From contig CP002278.1 of assembly GCA_000166095.1 (NCBI GenBank), positions 930,001-962,000 on the forward strand: DNA of 32,000 nt, written 5' to 3'. How positions within the stretch are numbered: the first letter of the stretch is position 1; the number at the start of each line of letters is the position of its first letter. A program made the position numbers and the translations under genes. Source of the DNA: Methanothermus fervidus DSM 2088. GTDB lineage: Archaea > Methanobacteriota > Methanobacteria > DSM-2088 > Methanothermaceae. The notes under the pieces are model-generated. The model saw only the letters and a list, made by a program, of their open reading frames with translations. It was not told the origin of the DNA and made no database searches. Of the stretch, positions 30,350-32,000 are shown in pieces.

Positions 30350-30643
30350 ATGAAAGGTTCAAAGGGATTGAGAAGTGGAACTAGGTATAAATTCAAAAAG
30401 AAAAAAAGACCAGGAATGACTAATCCAATAACAAGAATGATACAAAGATTTGAAAAAGGTGATAAAGTTCACATAATAGTGGATCCTAGTATTCATAAAG
30501 GCCAACCACATCATAGATTCCACGGTAAAACAGGAGAAGTAATTGGAAAGAGAGGAAAATGTTATTTAATATCTGTAAGAGATGGTAATAAAGAAAAAAT
30601 AGTTATAAGTAGGCCTGAGCACTTAAGACCTCAAAAGCAGTGA
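30350..30643 (+). CDS. rpl21e: 50S ribosomal protein L21e
   Basis: [64 protein letters not shown]; GGAGG RBS. Confidence 0.96.
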   Translation: MKGSKGLRSGTRYKFKKKKRPGMTNPITRMIQRFEKGDKVHIIVDPSIHKGQPHHRFHGKTGEVIGKRGKCYLISVRDGNKEKIVISRPEHLRPQKQ

Positions 30644-30648
30644 TATCG

Positions 30649-30990
30649 ATGATTGCTAAAGAAATTATAGAATCAACACCAGTTCCATTGCCTGTGGTTA
30701 AAGAAATGTTGGAAGAACTTGGCAAGGAGTATGAACTAACACGAGAACAAAAATTAATTTTAGAACATATCAGTAAATTCGTAAAATTGAGTGCAAAGGA
30801 AGCTATGGAACTCACAGACAAAATAGAAGAGATAGTAGGTGATAGAAGGATTGCCGTGCACATAGTAAACATAATGCCTGAAGATCTTGTAGAGTTACAT
30901 GCATTATTAAGCAAAGAAAAAGTTTCATTAGGAAAGGAGGAAATGAAAAAAATTCTCAAAATTGTTAAAGAATATAAGAAAACTGAATAG
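30649..30990 (+). CDS. rpoF: DNA-directed RNA polymerase subunit F (Rpo4)
   Basis: MIAKEIIESTPVPLPVVKEMLEEL..; Rpb4/RpoF fold and conserved position after rpl21e. GTG 30640 is an alternative start. Confidence 0.9.
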   Translation: MIAKEIIESTPVPLPVVKEMLEELGKEYELTREQKLILEHISKFVKLSAKEAMELTDKIEEIVGDRRIAVHIVNIMPEDLVELHALLSKEKVSLGKEEMKKILKIVKEYKKTE

Positions 30991-31001
30991 CATGTGATTG
31001 G

Positions 31002-31607
31002 ATGGAAAAATATGCTATTATTTTAGATTATCTTCCTCATGGGTACATAGAGGAAGGAAGGCCTTTCTTTAGGAAGCGGCCAGTAGCACAGGCCATAGGG
31101 AAAGATGAATTTACATTGTTAGAATTAATACCAAAACCTGGAGTAGAATTAGACATACATGAAGAAGTTTATATTGGGCCTGGAAAACGTGATAAAATAG
31201 CTAGAGTTAACAGACGATTAACAGCTAGAGAGTTAACAGCTACAGCTCGCGTAGAGTTACCATACGTAGTCGAAGAAATTGTTAGATCAAGAGAAAATGA
31301 ATTTGTAGAATTTTTCAATAAAGCTACATCAATAAGTACTCGATTACACCAATTAGAGTTGTTACCAGGTATAGGAAAAAAATATATGTGGGAAATAATA
31401 AAAGCTCGTGAAAAAGAACCATTTAAAAGCTTTGAAGATATAAAAAAAAGAGTACCAAGTTTATCAGATCCTGTAAAAATTTTAGTTAAAAGAATACTTC
31501 TTGAATTAAATTTAGATGGAGGTAGTAAGGAAAAAGGAAAGAGAGGTAAACGAAAATATATACTGTTTGTAAAAGGTCTGAAGCGTAGGAGTAGAAGAAG
31601 ACGGTGA
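31002..31607 (+). CDS. DUF655 family protein (predicted nucleic-acid binding, S1/OB-like plus helix-hairpin-helix)
   Basis: ILDYLPHGYIEEGRPFFRKRPVAQAIGKDEFTLLELIPK..LELLPGIGKKYMWEIIKARE; basic RRSRRRR tail. Confidence 0.9.
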   Translation: MEKYAIILDYLPHGYIEEGRPFFRKRPVAQAIGKDEFTLLELIPKPGVELDIHEEVYIGPGKRDKIARVNRRLTARELTATARVELPYVVEEIVRSRENEFVEFFNKATSISTRLHQLELLPGIGKKYMWEIIKAREKEPFKSFEDIKKRVPSLSDPVKILVKRILLELNLDGGSKEKGKRGKRKYILFVKGLKRRSRRRR

Positions 31608-32000
31608 TCATAATATCATCATTACTCCATGAAACAAAATATATCTTAAAAAAATACAACATCTCTTTGAGTCGAAGATTGGGACAGAATTTTTTGATTA
31701 ATGAATATATAAGGAATAAAATAATTAATTATGCAAATTTAAACAAGAAAGATACAGTGTTAGAAATTGGTCCGGGGATAGGAACTCTTACAATTCCAAT
31801 GGCTAAATATGCAAAAAAAGTGATAGCAATAGAAAAAGATTGTAAGATGGTTGAAATACTGAAAGACAGAATTCATGATCTTAAAATTGATAACATAGAA
31901 ATTATTAATGCAGATGCTCTTAAAATTAAATTCCCAAAGTTTAACAAAGTAGTTTCTAATTTACCATACACCATCTCCTCTCCAATAACATTTAAGTTAT
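31604..32000 (+). CDS. rsmA: 16S rRNA dimethyladenosine transferase RsmA/KsgA (3'-truncated by window edge)
   Basis: Not in the ORF track. Manual translation from GTG 31604: ..NISLSRRLGQNFLINEYI..DTVLEIGPGIGTLTIPMAKYAKKVIAIEKD..INADALKIKFPKFNKVVSNLPYTISSPITFKL; GxGxG and NLPY motifs. Confidence 0.93.
   Translation, partial: MIIISSLLHETKYILKKYNISLSRRLGQNFLINEYIRNKIINYANLNKKDTVLEIGPGIGTLTIPMAKYAKKVIAIEKDCKMVEILKDRIHDLKIDNIEIINADALKIKFPKFNKVVSNLPYTISSPITFKL

Noticed and set aside
1-32000. CRISPR array, transposase, integrase, toxin-antitoxin or restriction-modification system
   Set aside because: Looked for evenly spaced direct repeats, IS termini and signature proteins on both strands; nothing supportable was found. 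A numerical repeat scan was not possible without tools.

Overview
AT-rich archaeal (hydrogenotrophic methanogen) chromosomal window, mostly core metabolism and information processing. Left part (+): 3' portion of a tungsten/molybdenum formylmethanofuran dehydrogenase operon (fwdF partial, fwdG, fwdD, fwdA, fwdC, fwdB), converging on a minus-strand block of a PHP phosphoesterase, leuA, cfbD and a tungstate/molybdate ABC transporter (wtpA-wtpB-wtpC). Middle: tRNA-Arg(TCG) (-), archaeal-type thrS (+), then a minus-strand iron-uptake cluster with feoB, two single-domain feoA genes and an unusual 235-aa protein with three tandem FeoA-like units. Next: a small membrane protein gene divergent from a PadR regulator/ABC exporter operon, a slipin gene, a gamma-class carbonic anhydrase-like gene, and a fused alpha-beta ADP-forming acyl-CoA synthetase (-). 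Right part (+): a small orphan ORF followed by a secreted caspase/metacaspase-like (C14) protein with His-Cys dyad motifs, a textbook EF-hand/dockerin-type Ca loop and CARDB-like regions. It is followed by lysA, dapF, srp54, pus10, rpl21e, rpoF (Rpo4), a DUF655 gene and a 5' fragment of rsmA/ksgA. Gene content and order (dapF ... rpl21e-rpoF-DUF655-rsmA) suggest Methanobacteriales or a relative; this is inferred from memory of synteny, not verified. No CRISPR array, transposon, phage region or classical defence system was found. The best candidates for novelty are the orphan ORF plus caspase-like pair and the multi-FeoA cluster.
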